From Emiliania huxleyi CCMP1516 (taxonomy: Eukaryota): a stretch of 64,000 nt of DNA. Shown here one piece after another: positions 47,659 to 59,888 of the stretch. The DNA lies in contig NW_005201213.1 in the NCBI RefSeq assembly GCF_000372725.1, positions 124,001 through 188,000 on the forward strand, in the 5' to 3' direction. The translations under genes were made by a program, and so were the position numbers. Below the pieces are notes generated by a model, which saw only the letters and a list, made by a program, of their open reading frames with translations, had not been told where the DNA came from and made no database searches. Position 1 is the stretch's first letter, and the number at the start of each line of letters is the position of its first letter.

Positions 47659-48570
47659 TTACGGAGGAGGAAAAGGAGGGGAGGCGTGTCGCTCGCCCAG
47701 AAGGTTGCACCGCGGTGGCACCAAGCCTGCGCCGACCGGCCCGGCGGGCCGCGAGAGGGAGAGTAGCGAGGTTCCGAAACCGCACCCGAGGTCGAGAACT
47801 AGAGGGAGCCGCGGGTCGTCGAACCCTCCCAGGGCGAGCGCGAGTGCCGCGTCCGCGTCCGCGTCTCGCGGCGGCGCCTCCTTTGGCAGTGCCGCCGCCC
47901 GCCTCCAGAGCCAGCGCAGCGGCCGCGGCGAACCGAACGACAGGCCACGGAGGGAGGCTGCTGCCGCTGCGTGCGCCGCGCCGCCGCGCTCGAGCGCCGC
48001 CGCCGCGCGTGCAAAGGCTGCGCCTCCGAGGCCGGCGGCGGCCAGGCGCTCGCACACTTGCAGGCTGACTAGCGGCTGCGGCCTGCGCCAGCGGTCAAAC
48101 TCGGCCGCCTGCGCTGCGGCCAGCGACTCCAGCAGCGGCGCGCTCTCGCACCCTGCGAGCGCAAAGTCGAAGGCCGCGTCGGCAGCCACCCGGCCGAGCA
48201 GCGGCTCACCCGCAGCGCACAGCGCCAGCGCCTCGTCGCTGAGCCGCGAGACGGCCGCCCGGTCGGTGTGGCTCTCGAGAGCGGTCCGCGCGAGCGCCGT
48301 CATGGGAGAGGCGCCGCCGCCGTCTCGCCGGCTGACAGAGTACTCCCATGTCGTCCCACCTCCGAGGCAGTCCTGAAGCTTAACGCCGCCTGCCTCCAGC
48401 CGCTCCTTCAGCGCGTCGGCGGCGGCGTAGTTGCGCGAGGCTCGGGCTTCGCACCGGCGCTGCACGAGCTCGACGACGGTGGTCGATGGGAGCCTGGACG
48501 CAGGGACGAGATCGCCCCTCATGTTGGCGTTGCCCGCTCGGATGACTCGGGGGGGCGGCTCGCCCCTCAT
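47659..48570 (-). CDS. Protein with CysRS C-terminal-like helical domain followed by a class I SAM methyltransferase start; 3' part lost in gap, start uncertain
   Basis: LVQRRCEARASRNYAAADALKERLEAGGVKLQD and LVLDLGCGFG. Confidence 0.6.
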   Translation of the reverse strand: MRGEPPPRVIRAGNANMRGDLVPASRLPSTTVVELVQRRCEARASRNYAAADALKERLEAGGVKLQDCLGGGTTWEYSVSRRDGGGASPMTALARTALESHTDRAAVSRLSDEALALCAAGEPLLGRVAADAAFDFALAGCESAPLLESLAAAQAAEFDRWRRPQPLVSLQVCERLAAAGLGGAAFARAAAALERGGAAHAAAAASLRGLSFGSPRPLRWLWRRAAALPKEAPPRDADADAALALALGGFDDPRLPLVLDLGCGFGTSLLSLSRPAGPVGAGLVPPRCNLLGERHASPPFPPP

Positions 48571-49574
48571 GAGGCTTGCGGCACGGTCCAGGCCGACCAC
48601 ACAGAGCACCCGAGGCAGCTGGCGTGGCCTCACTCACTCATGACCGCTCGTACCCGTCGGCGGGGCCAGGTTTCACAACTCGCCTCATTTTTGGCACCCT
48701 CCTGCTAGCCGCGCATGAGTAGGGAGACCGTGTGTGGTGTCTTCGCGGCCTAGAGCACCCTCTTGGCAGTCTATATTCCGGATTTTAGCCCTCCTGTCGC
48801 ATCTGGTGAGCCGTACCATAGCGAGGACCAAACGTGTTGTGAAACCAAAGCACGGAGGACCTGTACGGTGGGAACGTGAAGCTGGCAGGAGTGTGGCGCC
48901 TGGCAAAAGGTGGCCCGCAGTCCGCCTGCCACCCACAGCTCCTTACCATCCCACCCGAACGAGCCACTCGCTTTACTGTGCTGCGTGAGCACCTCGGCGA
49001 AGGCAATTGTGCCGCCAAATAACAGCGACGCGTGGGCGTGGTTGACGCTGGCAAGTTGAACGTCAGAGTAGCCGTCGCGCGAGGGCTTCTCGCCCGTTAA
49101 CATGGACTGCACGGCGTTAAGCATACCGACACTCGGCGGGACACAGCAGCGGCCTGTGCTGCGCCTGTAGCGGGCGGCGCGCTGTGCGTTCGTGCGTCGC
49201 CCCTCCTTCAAACAAAACACGGGCAAACTGAAGTTCTAGAGTGTTCCAGGGACATTCTGCGAGATGCAGGGAGGAGCTCATCAGCCTTGGGAGGAGCTCA
49301 GGCGCTTAAAAAAGCGCGATGACCGGGGGGGTGCCACAAAGGTGTGGCGGAGAGGTGCCGCCGCGGTGCCCACCGGTGCCCGCAAGGTGCACCGGCCTTG
49401 GAAGCCCGCCCGCCGGGCCAGCAGCCGCCAGCGCCGCCGCCACCCTGCTGGCCACGCCCGCGCGCACGCCGCTCGCGCCATCCTCCTGACCACCCTCTGC
49501 GCGCGCACAGTTGCATCCGTTTTGCCGCGCGAGCCATGGTGAGGCCAAAAAGACAACTCGGGCAACACATAATA

Positions 49575-49820
49575 TGTATGTATGTAGGAAGGTGAAGAAC
49601 AGTCAGGCTCGGACTGGACACCGACGCGGTATGGGTGGACGCTAGACAGATGATGACGACACGCACGAGCGACACACAGACACAAACAAGCTCACAAGAC
49701 ACACAGCCAGCGGGCTGCCACACACCCTGAGTGGGCGTACACATCACTCAGGCCACGTCCCCCTGTCGCCCCCCCCAGCACTCCAAGGTGCCAAGAGACA
49801 AACAACAGCACAACAACACT
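49575..49820. repeat. Dispersed repeat shared with 62998-63180 (first part inverted, second part direct)
   Basis: 49580-49649 is approximately the reverse complement of 62998-63070; 49734-49815 approximates 63075-63165. Confidence 0.8.
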
Positions 49821-50576
49821 ACGAGTAAGGGCTTTAGCCCGGCACGACTTTCTTTACTGAGAGCAGTCGTCGTGCGATTACTCTTACGGAATTGGCAATC
49901 CGTCCAACTTTTACCAACGAACGTTGGCGACGAACTCCACTATGCGCGGCCGCGAGCCTTCTCGCTCGCCGCCCGACGGAGTCACGACGTTTGCTCCGAC
50001 TGCGCCCAGCGCGGCTCTGCGCCGCCCGCGCGTCGGTTGCGCTGCGCCTCGCGCAGCTCGTGCGTCAGGCGGCTCATGCCCGCCTGTTATGCAACGCGCC
50101 TGTCACAGGCATGCTGCTGCACCTTCTGACAGCAGACTCACCCAGCCCAGCGACGAGGAGGCTACAGATCGCTCCTCCTCCCTGCCTTCCACACGCGTGA
50201 TGGCACGCATGACCACGGCACGCAACGTCGCGGTCGCGACAATTCAGATCAATGCGTATTGCATACGCCAGAGCCCAGCTTTGCTTTGGCCTGTGCTCTT
50301 CCACTTTGAGTGAGGACGTCTGCCCTGTGTGCGACGATGCGACAATGAATAGTATGTGCCGCCATGAGCCCCGACCTGCGGGGCTTGCGAATGCGCCAAG
50401 GAGTGCGGCCACAGAGTGTGGTGCACCTGCGATAACAGCACCCCTCCTTTGGCGATGATCCAGAGCAGGAAAGACTGGCGGGCGAAAACAATAAATAAAA
50501 AGCAAAAGCGCCGCATGGGATCTGATGAAGGAACTGGCCGACACGACGCTCTGGCGTCGCCTGTCGTCGACCAGCC

Positions 50577-51725
50577 ATGCCCACCACCCGCGGTCAGTCT
50601 CGCCGTGCACGCGCCCTCGTGGTGCCTGCCGCTACTGAGGCCCTCGGCTGTATCGACACCGTCGCTGAGATCCTGGGCTGGCTCAACATGGACGAGGTCT
50701 CGCGGCTCAAGGCCGTGCACTCTGACTGGGCGCGTGCCGCTCGGCGGCTGCTCGTGAGCGTCATGTACCTGGGTCGACAGCCTCTTGGCACGCTACTCAG
50801 GAACTGGCGACCCCATCGACACTGGCCGTGCGACGCCGCACTGCTCTCTCGCATCGCCACGCACCCAGCCGAGGTTGCATTGGACGTTGGGGCCACAGCT
50901 GAGGGAAGCCCAGCCCGAGCGAGCAGCTGGTCGTGGCTCAGCGAGGAGTATGAAATGCCCCCGATTCATTACGCCTTGTGCGCCTTGTCATGTCGGCCCC
51001 AGTCAGAAGATGTGATTCGCGCACTGATCTGCGCCGCCCCGACCATGGTTTCAGAGACGGATGGCCGAGGTCGCCTGCCTCTTCACTATGCGGCGAGAAA
51101 CTCGTTTGTGAGTCTCGAGATCGCGGAGGAGCTGTTGCGTGTGCATCCTGACGCGGCCAACCAGAAAGAGAAAGATTGCATGAATGGGGGACCTGCGGTC
51201 GTCCCTAACTCGTACCCTGCGGATCTGGCTATCACGTGCATCTGCTCGACGACCGTGGATAAATATTGCACGCTGGTCGCGGCGATGACCGTGGACGGAC
51301 GAGCGGAGCACGCGCCCTACATGGCAAAACTACTCACTCAGCAGAGTCCGCTGATGAGCTGTGGTGCGTGGGGTTTGTTGATCGACAGACTCGTTTACCT
51401 CAGCCGTCCGGGGGACGGGCTCGCAGACATTGCGACAGCGCTCGCCAAAAGCGTCGTAGACGGGTGCTGGCGCGAAATTGACAGAGACGTGCGCCAACTA
51501 TTCACAGCACTGACGTGGGCGGAAGCATGCGAGCTCTTTGGCAAACCCAAGGCGCTTGAAGTCTTCGACAGTCGACAGCTTGGTGCCCGCGGCAAGTTGG
51601 ATGAAACTCGCCTCGACCTGCGTCTTCGGTGCAACGCATCTTTACAACAGTACCCGGAACTCCTCGAGCCGATGCGAAAATTTGTGCGCGGCGGGCGGCC
51701 GTCGCTGCCATGGGACAAGGCATAG
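50577..51725 (+). CDS. F-box-like plus ankyrin-like repeat protein, intronless
   Basis: IDTVAEILGWLNMDEVSRLKAVHSDW (F-box-like) and DGRGRLPLHYAA...IAEELLRVHPDAANQK (ankyrin-like). Confidence 0.55.
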   Translation: MPTTRGQSRRARALVVPAATEALGCIDTVAEILGWLNMDEVSRLKAVHSDWARAARRLLVSVMYLGRQPLGTLLRNWRPHRHWPCDAALLSRIATHPAEVALDVGATAEGSPARASSWSWLSEEYEMPPIHYALCALSCRPQSEDVIRALICAAPTMVSETDGRGRLPLHYAARNSFVSLEIAEELLRVHPDAANQKEKDCMNGGPAVVPNSYPADLAITCICSTTVDKYCTLVAAMTVDGRAEHAPYMAKLLTQQSPLMSCGAWGLLIDRLVYLSRPGDGLADIATALAKSVVDGCWREIDRDVRQLFTALTWAEACELFGKPKALEVFDSRQLGARGKLDETRLDLRLRCNASLQQYPELLEPMRKFVRGGRPSLPWDKA

Positions 51726-53582
51726 GTCTTTCGCGCCGGTCAGCGATGTCCTGTTCCTTATCTGCCACCCGGCTCGTTGTCGTTGAGGTTCCTGTTGAGC
51801 GGACTGCTGACTGCCTGACTGTAGAATATCATCCTAATACCAACCACCACCACCACCACCGTCACCGTCTGTCGAGCTTTGTCCATTCTGCGTGAGAACT
51901 CCTCGAGGAGGACTCGAGAGGGGACTGCATGTGCATAATAATTTTTTGTTAGTGCCCAGTTTTGTGCGACAGACTTCAGAATTTCGCGCGTCCCAAGCTA
52001 GGGCTGGGTCGAGGACAGGCACGTCCCCTCCCAAAAAAGAAAACGGACAACCCAAGGGAGGGATGGGAGGACGGCACGCCGCCACCACACAGGGATTTTA
52101 AGGAGAGGAGTGTGGTGCGCTAGCCGTCGCCCACCCTTGGGCGCGTCCGCCTCTTCCTATCTCTCTTCGCAATCTCTCTCCGATCCACGTCCCCACCTGT
52201 GCAGGATTGTGCCAAGTTCGAATAGTTAGAGGCTGCGGGAGGCGTTGCTTTCTTTTGCTTGTTATCGGTTTGAAGCTGGCAAATCTTTTATTTCAATTCT
52301 TTTCTTTAAAAAGAATAATGGAGATCCGAGATGGCCCGAGATCGCCCGAGATCGCTCGGCGCGGCCCGAGGCGAGGTGGATGGGTTGGGAGCGAGGGGGC
52401 GGAAGTGACCAGTGCGGTAGAGGGTCAGCTCGGGGCGCGTGAGCCGGACTTGTGAGCCGGACGTCTTTCATTTTCTCTGTGTGAGGGCGTGAAGAGGGGA
52501 AAAGCGCTGCTTTTCTTTTTTACTATGTAAGGCAGGCTTCGCAGAGGGGAAATCTGTACTCTCTTCTGTACTTTGAGGACGGGTACTTACAATATATAAC
52601 GTCCCCAAAGTACAGCAGAGAGTACAAAAATAGATATGTAGGAAAGCTTGCGTCATCAGAGAATCTCGCGAGGATCTGGCGCGCCTCAATTGAACGAACG
52701 CCGAGCGACGCTCCCGGCGTGCGGATCTTGCTTGACAGGTGCCTCGCTGCGTGCGCCGCTGCGCCTGCGCTCGGCCCTCGCTGCCTGCGCCTGTCTGTCA
52801 GCCTGGACACGCTCGCGGCGCTCGCGGCGCAGTCACTGCGGCTGGTCTGAGCGGGCGGCATGCCGCGGCTCCACACTGCCACTGCACAAACTCTAGGCAG
52901 AGAGGAGCCAGTACTCCTCTGTTCAACGCATAGGCCATCGCAACTCGACCCCTGCCACCGCGCTGGCGCGTGCTGCCGCTCCTGTCTGCGCGACAGTTCC
53001 GATGAAACCGTGCTCCCCTCCCGTGACGGCCCGAGCCTCAACTCCAGGCTCAGCTGAGAGATACACTGCTACTGGTGGCTGAGCGTCGGAGGTGCCCTCT
53101 CAGCTATGTGTCTTGGTCCGTGAGGACAGTCTGCCAGCTCCCCTGGTCATGCGCTCGCCGTCTCGGCCGATCGGTCCCCGGCGGCCGTATTTGTGTGTTG
53201 CAGCTGCGGCCTCGCAGTAGCCTTGCCGGGCTGCCCCCAGCGAAAGATAACTTCAACATTCACTTCAACACTGGCGATACGGCAGCCGCTACACGCGCAT
53301 AGGTCATACTCAACACGTGGGCAGCCTCCCCCCCCGTGAAAAGTCCATGAGTCGCCGTCAGGCCGTCGGACTGGCGCCACTGGCGGTGCAGCAGTGATTC
53401 CCGCAAGTCGCCTTGGTGCTCGCGATCGCCCTCGCCGCCCCTCATCTCGCCCCCGGGCCAAGCCTCCGGTGCCGTGTCTACCCCACAGCCCCCAATTTGG
53501 ACGCCCGAGGCTCGGCTGTGTCCGGGTGTGCATGAAAAACGAGAAAACAGGCCTTTTTGGGAAAGCCGACTTTGCCCCTTAA

Positions 53583-53749
53583 CCCTGGTAGGTGGATTGT
53601 CCAAAATACGTCAGCCTCGCACGCCTAGCGCTAGGTCTGACACCCGACCGCCCCCCCCTCCCTAATATTAGCCGGTAGGAGCACATTTTGGCCGGCTAAT
53701 GTTAGGGAGGGGAGGCCGAAAAACGCATACTTTTGTCCACGTACCAGGG
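53583..53749. mobile_element. piggyBac-like MITE (167 bp)
   Basis: TTAA at 53579-82 and 53750-53; TIRs CCCTGGTAGGTGGA / TCCACGTACCAGGG (13/14 match); internal IR 53657-75 / 53692-710. Confidence 0.85.
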
Positions 53750-54043
53750 TTAATTAAGCTTTATAGACGTCACCTAGTACGGCCAAAAAATCGGCACAAA
53801 AAGGTAACATTTTTCTAGGTCACATTTTTTCTTTTTATCTTTTTCTGAGTGCAGTGTGTGTGTGCGCACGCTCCTCGTGTCTGAATGGGTAGGGACGCAT
53901 ACGAGCACTGCGGAGAGTGGCCCTTGTTTGTGTGATAAAGGGCCCAGTATCGTTTGTCACGACGACGTCATTTGGTATATACGCCCCAGTCTGCGATAAT
54001 CGGTCATCAGATCCCTGGTCTGGCCGGGTTTTTTCGCGGTATC

Positions 54044-54115
54044 CGCGGCGGGATATGGCGGGATATGGCGGGATATGGCAGGATACCGGGAGATACACGC
54101 GGATATGATAAGATA
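54044..54115 (+). repeat. Short 10-bp tandem repeat GGCGGGATAT
   Basis: Three to four copies plus degenerate copies. Confidence 0.7.
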
Positions 54116-55365
54116 CGGAGCCCCCATGATACAGAAACCGCAAATCGGACGCGACGGGCGAACTTCGCGCTTCGACCGCCCCGCTTGTCAAGCGCTTGCA
54201 CTAGCTACACAATCGCTGTGTGAACTCTGAACAGTGAACTCAGCGTCAGCCACCAGCCAGTACCACCAGACAAAACGGTCTCAACGCCCCCGCCCCCCTA
54301 GCCCCCCCCAGCCCCCCCAGACGCCCAAACGCGTCGAGAAGCGGGTAAACGACTCACCTTCCTCCCACATGCCTGCAACCACAATCCTTCCGCCGGCGCC
54401 AATAGCAGTACTGTACTTGGTTGCTGTCTTGCGCGCGGCTAGTCTGCATCCGCCTTGGCCCTCGCGGCGGCCGCTGACGCGCGCCTCGCCTTGACGGCAG
54501 CCAGTGCCGCCTCCGCCGCCTCCGCCGCCTCCGCCGCCTCTGCCGCCGCCGCCTCTGCCGCCGCCGCCGGCCGCCGCAGCCGCCGCCGCTGCCGCAGCGG
54601 CCTCCTCCTCCTCTGCCGCTGCCAGAGCGTCCGCCTCGGCTTCAGCCTCCCGGCGCGGCTCCGCTGCCACCCAAGCTGCCTCGTGGATTCCTTTGAAGAC
54701 GGTCTCTACTACAGGCGGACACTTGTCAAATTTTGAGGGCGTCGCCGTCGATGGAGAGGCTATGATAAGGAGAGCACGCGCCTGAGCACACTACGGCGCC
54801 AGGAGTCCGAGGGAAGCGCGGGGAGCGAGAGCTTTGGGGGCGAGAGAGAGGAGTTTTGAATTAAAAAGGAAAGGAAAACAGACGGGGTGCGAGAGGCAAA
54901 CCGGGTTGAGAGCCCAATCTGCTGGTGCGTGTGTGCTCACACCACTACACTGTGGGGGGTGCCCGAGCATGATGTATGTGCGCGTCTGTGCTTGTGTGGG
55001 ACAGACGTTGTTGTCCTATGCGCGGGGCTTCCCGCGGGGACCGAAGACGTAACAGTAACAGCAGCAAAGGCGCGGTTCACACCTCAGGAAACAGAAAAAA
55101 GCAGCGCCAACGGCGTGTCCGAGGAACCGAATCAGATAAGACGATCGACTTTAGGCCGCCGCCGCCGCCCTCCCTCACGCCCGCGCAGCTCTTGTGTGCC
55201 GCCGGCCTCCGCTGCCACTGCTCCGCCACCGCCGCTGCCGCCTCCGGCTCCGCCTCTGCCGCCTCCCCATCCCAGAGCGCACAATCAAACCCACAACATG
55301 CGTTACGCGTTCGCATCCCCCGACTCACGGTGTGCGCTCCCCTCGTGTGCAGAACACCGCTCAAA

Positions 55366-56234
55366 ATGGGTTGCACCGCCTCGAAGATGGAGCACACAGT
55401 GACGGATGACATCAACGGCGGGGCCGACATCGAGGACAAGTGTGGCACTTCGCGCTGCATCAAGGCCGACGTCCCCCCTCCCTCCCCTTCCTCCCTCCCC
55501 GCCGCCAGCCCACCCTCGCCACCACGGGTCAGGCGCTCGTGGACAAGGTGCAGGAGCTCAAGATTGAGGTCCAATCGCTCAAGGCGGGGTCGACGCCGGA
55601 CGGCTCCGACAAGCTTGGCACTTCGCGTGACGTGAAGGCCGACCCAGCCGCCCCCGCCCCACCACCGCCACCGCCGCGCCCTCGTCCTCGCCGCCCTCGC
55701 CGCCTCCTCACACCTCCCTGCCACCGCCGCCTCCCCGTCTCCCTTCCACCCGTCCTCCATCTCCCCGCCACTTTCCTCCCCTCCGAAGCCGCGCCCGCAT
55801 CCCTCTTCTCCGCCAACACATATCCCGCCGCGCCCCCCTCCCGGACCCACCGCCACCACGGGCCAGGCGCTCGAGGACGAGGTCCAGTCCCTCAAGGCGG
55901 AGAAGCCGGACGGCTCCGACAAGTTTGGCACTTCGCGCTACATCAAGGCACGCCCGCCCCCCCTTACACCCCCCCCCCCGGCCCCGCCCCCCCTTCGCCA
56001 CCGCCGCGCCCCCGCCGCGCCCCCGCCGCGCCCCCGCCGCGCCCCCGCCGCCTCCTCACACCTCCCCTCCCCGCCGTCTCCCTCCCCGCCGTCTCCCTCC
56101 CCTCCGTCGCCGTGTCCGCCCCCGCCACCGTCCTCCCATGGCCCCGCCACTTTCCTCCCCTCCGCGCCGCCGCGGCCGCGTCCGCGTCCCTCTCCCCGCC
56201 ACCACGTCTGCCTCCCCACCCCCCCCCTTCCACA

Positions 56235-56302
<68 letters not shown>

Positions 56303-59300
56303 ACGCACACGCACGCACGCACGCACGCACACGCACACACACGCACGCACGCACACACACACACACACACCGCCACCCTCGGTTCAGGCGCTCGTGGATA
56401 AGGTGCAGGAGCTCAAGGACGAGGTCCATTCGCTCAAGGCGGGGTCGACGCCGGACGGCTCCGACAAGCTTGGCACTTCGCGCGACGTCGAGGCCCCCCC
56501 CCCCCTCCCCCCCAAACACACACCGCCCTCGCCACCGCCGCCACGCACCGCCGCACTCGCCGCCTCCTCACCCCTCCCCGCCGCCGCCACCGCGGCGGCC
56601 GCGTCCGTCTCCCTCCGCCCCCGTCGCCACCGCCGCCTCGTCCGTCGCCACCGTCCCATGTCCCCGCCACCTNNNNNNNNNNNNNNNNNNNNNNNNNNNN
56701 NNNNNNNNNNNNNNNNNNNNNNNNNNNNNNNNNNNNNNNNNNNNNNNNNNNNNNNNNNNNNNNNNNNNNNNNNNNNNNNNNNNNNNNNNNNNNNNNNNNN
56801 NNNACGCGCCAGCCACTACCACGAAGTGGGGCGTCCCCGGCTGGGTGCGTTCCATCGAGCTCACCGAGGTGGTGGCCAAGGCGCTGAAGGCGCCGGCCGG
56901 AGCCGACCCGTTCAATTACGTGTGCAACCTCTCGCTCGCCGACCTCGAGGGGAAGCTCGAGGCGGAGAAGCTGAGCGGGCTCAGTGCTCCCCTCTGGTCC
57001 GCCATTGAGAAGCTGCGCGACCAAAGCGCCGCGACCGGGGCGGCGCTGAACGCCAAGTTCGCCGCGGAGGGCGACGCGTTCAAGGGTGAGATGGGCTTCG
57101 GCGGCGTCGAGCAGTTCTACGGAGGCGTGCTGCACGCCAGTAGCTTACCTATCCTACCCGCCCACTCTTACCAGCGACCCCCGTCCCCTGACCTGTGGGC
57201 AGGCCTCGAGAAGATCATCGGGCCGCCGCTCATGGTGGACGGCTCGCTCCTCAAGGCCATGGAGACGGAGCACTGCGAGAAGAAGGATGCGGACGTGCCG
57301 TTCGACACCTCCAACGGCATCAAGGGCGCGACCTCCAAGCTGGAGTGGGAGTTTGTCGTCGCGCCTGTCGAGGACCAGGACGGCCGCTACGCCGAGCGCG
57401 GCGGCGACTTCCGCACGGCCCACCCCGAGTGGTGCCGCAAGCCGGAGCCGCTCTCGGTCTACGAGAAGAAGATGGCGGACGAGATGAACCCGAAGCTCGT
57501 TAAGGCGGGGCAGGCGCCGCTCACCAAGGAGGAGCTGGTCGCCGGCCGGCTGTACACGGGGCCGATGTACGAGAAGTACAACGGCGTCCTTCGCTTCTCC
57601 TCAGCGCGCGGCGCCGACGGCGCGGTGCGGCTGGAGTACGCCTCGGAGAAGGAGGTGCCCTTTCTGCAGAAGAAGTGCGGCTTGCTTAACCTCGGCGAGT
57701 GGGCTGCGACGGCGGCAGGCAAAGGCGAGGCCGCGGTGCGCTGGACGTGGCACAACCAGTACTCGACCACCATCCACGCGATCAACTCGATCATTGTCAA
57801 GCTGTCGCCGCTGACCAAGATCACGCCGCTCTACCGCGGCTGGGCGGGCGCCACGCTCCCGGAAGCCTTCTTCAAGCCGGACGCGCTGGGCTTCCGCGGC
57901 GGCGTCGAGTACGGCTTCTCGTCGACCACCACCGACCGCGCGCAGGCGGTGCACTACGCGGAGGGCAAGGCGTCGACGGTGCTCCAGCTCGGGATGGGCA
58001 TGATCGACCGCGGCGCCGACATTGCGTGGCTCTCGCAGTACCCGCACGAGAGGGAGACGCTGCTGCCGCCGCTCATGGGCCTGCAGGTGCGTCAACCTCG
58101 CTCCACCTCCCTCCTCCGCCTTCTCCTTCATCGCCTGCCCCTTCTCGACACCTGCAGGTGCGGTGGACGGGCGTGGAGGGCAGCACGCTCGTCATCCAGA
58201 GCAGCTTCTCCATCAACATGGCCTCGCTCACGCTCGAGCAGGTGGCGGGCAAGCGCAAGAAGCTGCTCACCGACATGGGCGCGCAGATGGCGGCGGAGGT
58301 GCGCCGGGGGGTGGCGGACGAGGCAGCGGAGGAGGCGTCGCAACTAGTTCGCGTGCATCTCGGCCTCGAGCGCGGCGCGGACGCCGGTGCGGCGGACGAG
58401 CGGCTCGAGGCGCCGCTCGGCGACGAGGCTGAGGCGTACAACAACGACCTGCGCTTCCAAGCGGCGGTGGGCGATGCGCTCAAGGTGAAGCGCGCGGCGG
58501 TGCTCGCGGCGACGATGCAGCACGGCGGCGGCAGCGGGCTTGCCGCGGCGATGGATACGGTACTGCCGCTGCAGGCCAGCGGCGTCGATTTGACGGGGTT
58601 CGCCCTTGGCGGCGAGACCGACTGGATCGAGGCGAGCGAGGTCGAGGGCGAGTCGAAGGAGGTCGGGGCCAAGGTGATCTACGAGGGGCGCGAGAGGGTC
58701 GTGAGCACGGGCGTGGACTCCGACGGCGACCTGAAGCTGATGGTCGATGCGGATCCCGTGATGGTGGACACGGTGGTCGCGTGGATGGAGTCGGAGCCGT
58801 CGGCGCTGACGTCGCTGACGCTCGACTGGGGCAAGGCGTGCGGCCGCGTGCGGGAGGCGCTGCTCGGCGTGGTGCGGAAGACGCACACGCTCGTCGCGCT
58901 GAGCGTGGGCGAGAAGGGGGCGTCTGGTAACCCGTCGATGCCGCTCAACCCGCTGCAGCTCAACGGGCGCGAGGCGGTGCCGTCGCTCGACTTGTCGGGG
59001 AAGGGCCTCGGACCCGGATCGGCTGCGGTCGTCGCGGCGGGGGTTTCGGTCAACGCGGTGCTCACCGACCTCAACCTCTGCTCTAACGACATCCACGACG
59101 AGGGCGCCACTGCGATCGCCGAGGCGCTGCGCGGCAACGGGGTGCTGACCAAGCTCGACCTCGCCCGCACCGGCATCGACGACGCGGGCGCCGAGGCACT
59201 GGCCTCCGCTCTGCGCGTCAACGGGGTGCTGACCACCCTCAATCTCCGCGGCAACGTCTTCGGCGACGAGGGTGCCAAGGCGCTGGCATCCGCTCTTTGC

Positions 59301-59888
59301 GTCAACGCGGTGCTGAAAAATCTCGACGTGCGTCGCAACGATATCTCGGGAGACGCCGCGCAGCCGCTCGCGACAGCTGTGCTCGCCAGCCCATCGCTCG
59401 AGATCTTCGGCTCGGTGCCGCTGAAGGAGCTGCGCGCAAACACGCTCGATAGGCTAGATTTGAGCCGCAACGATCTCGGGGTGCCAGAGGCCCTTGTGCT
59501 GGCCAAGCTGGTCGAGGGCAGCGGGGTGCTGACCGAACTGAACCTCGTCGAAAACTACATCGGCGACGAGGGCGCGAAGGCGATCGGCGGTGCTCTCGCA
59601 GTCAACGGGGCGCTGACCGACCTCAACCTTGGCGAAAACAATATCCGCAGCGAGGGCGCCAAGGCGCTGGCCTCCGCTCTTCGCGTCAACGGGGTGCTGA
59701 CCACCCTCGGCATCGCTGGAAACAAGATCCGCGACGAGGGTGCTGTTGCAATCGCCGAGGCGCTGCGCGTCAACGAGGTGCTGACCAAGCTCGTGCTCGT
59801 GGACAGCAACATCGGCGACGAGGGCGCCGCTGCGCTGGCCTCTGCTCTTCGCGTCAACGGGGTGCTGAAAAGCATCGACCTCCGCTAG
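55366..59888 (+). CDS. Lipid-anchored mono-ADP-ribosyltransferase (R-S-E class) fused to RI-like/NLRC3-like LRRs; multi-exon, spans gap 56673-56803
   Basis: MGCTASK start; repeated phase-0 exons; RLYTGPMY...LYRG...GFSSTT...[13 protein letters not shown]; intron 58087-58157; 28-aa LTxLxLxxNxIGDEGAxALAxALxVN repeats. Confidence 0.8.
56236..56370 (+). repeat. (CA)n/(CACG)n microsatellite, intronic
   Basis: Visible directly. Confidence 0.95.
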
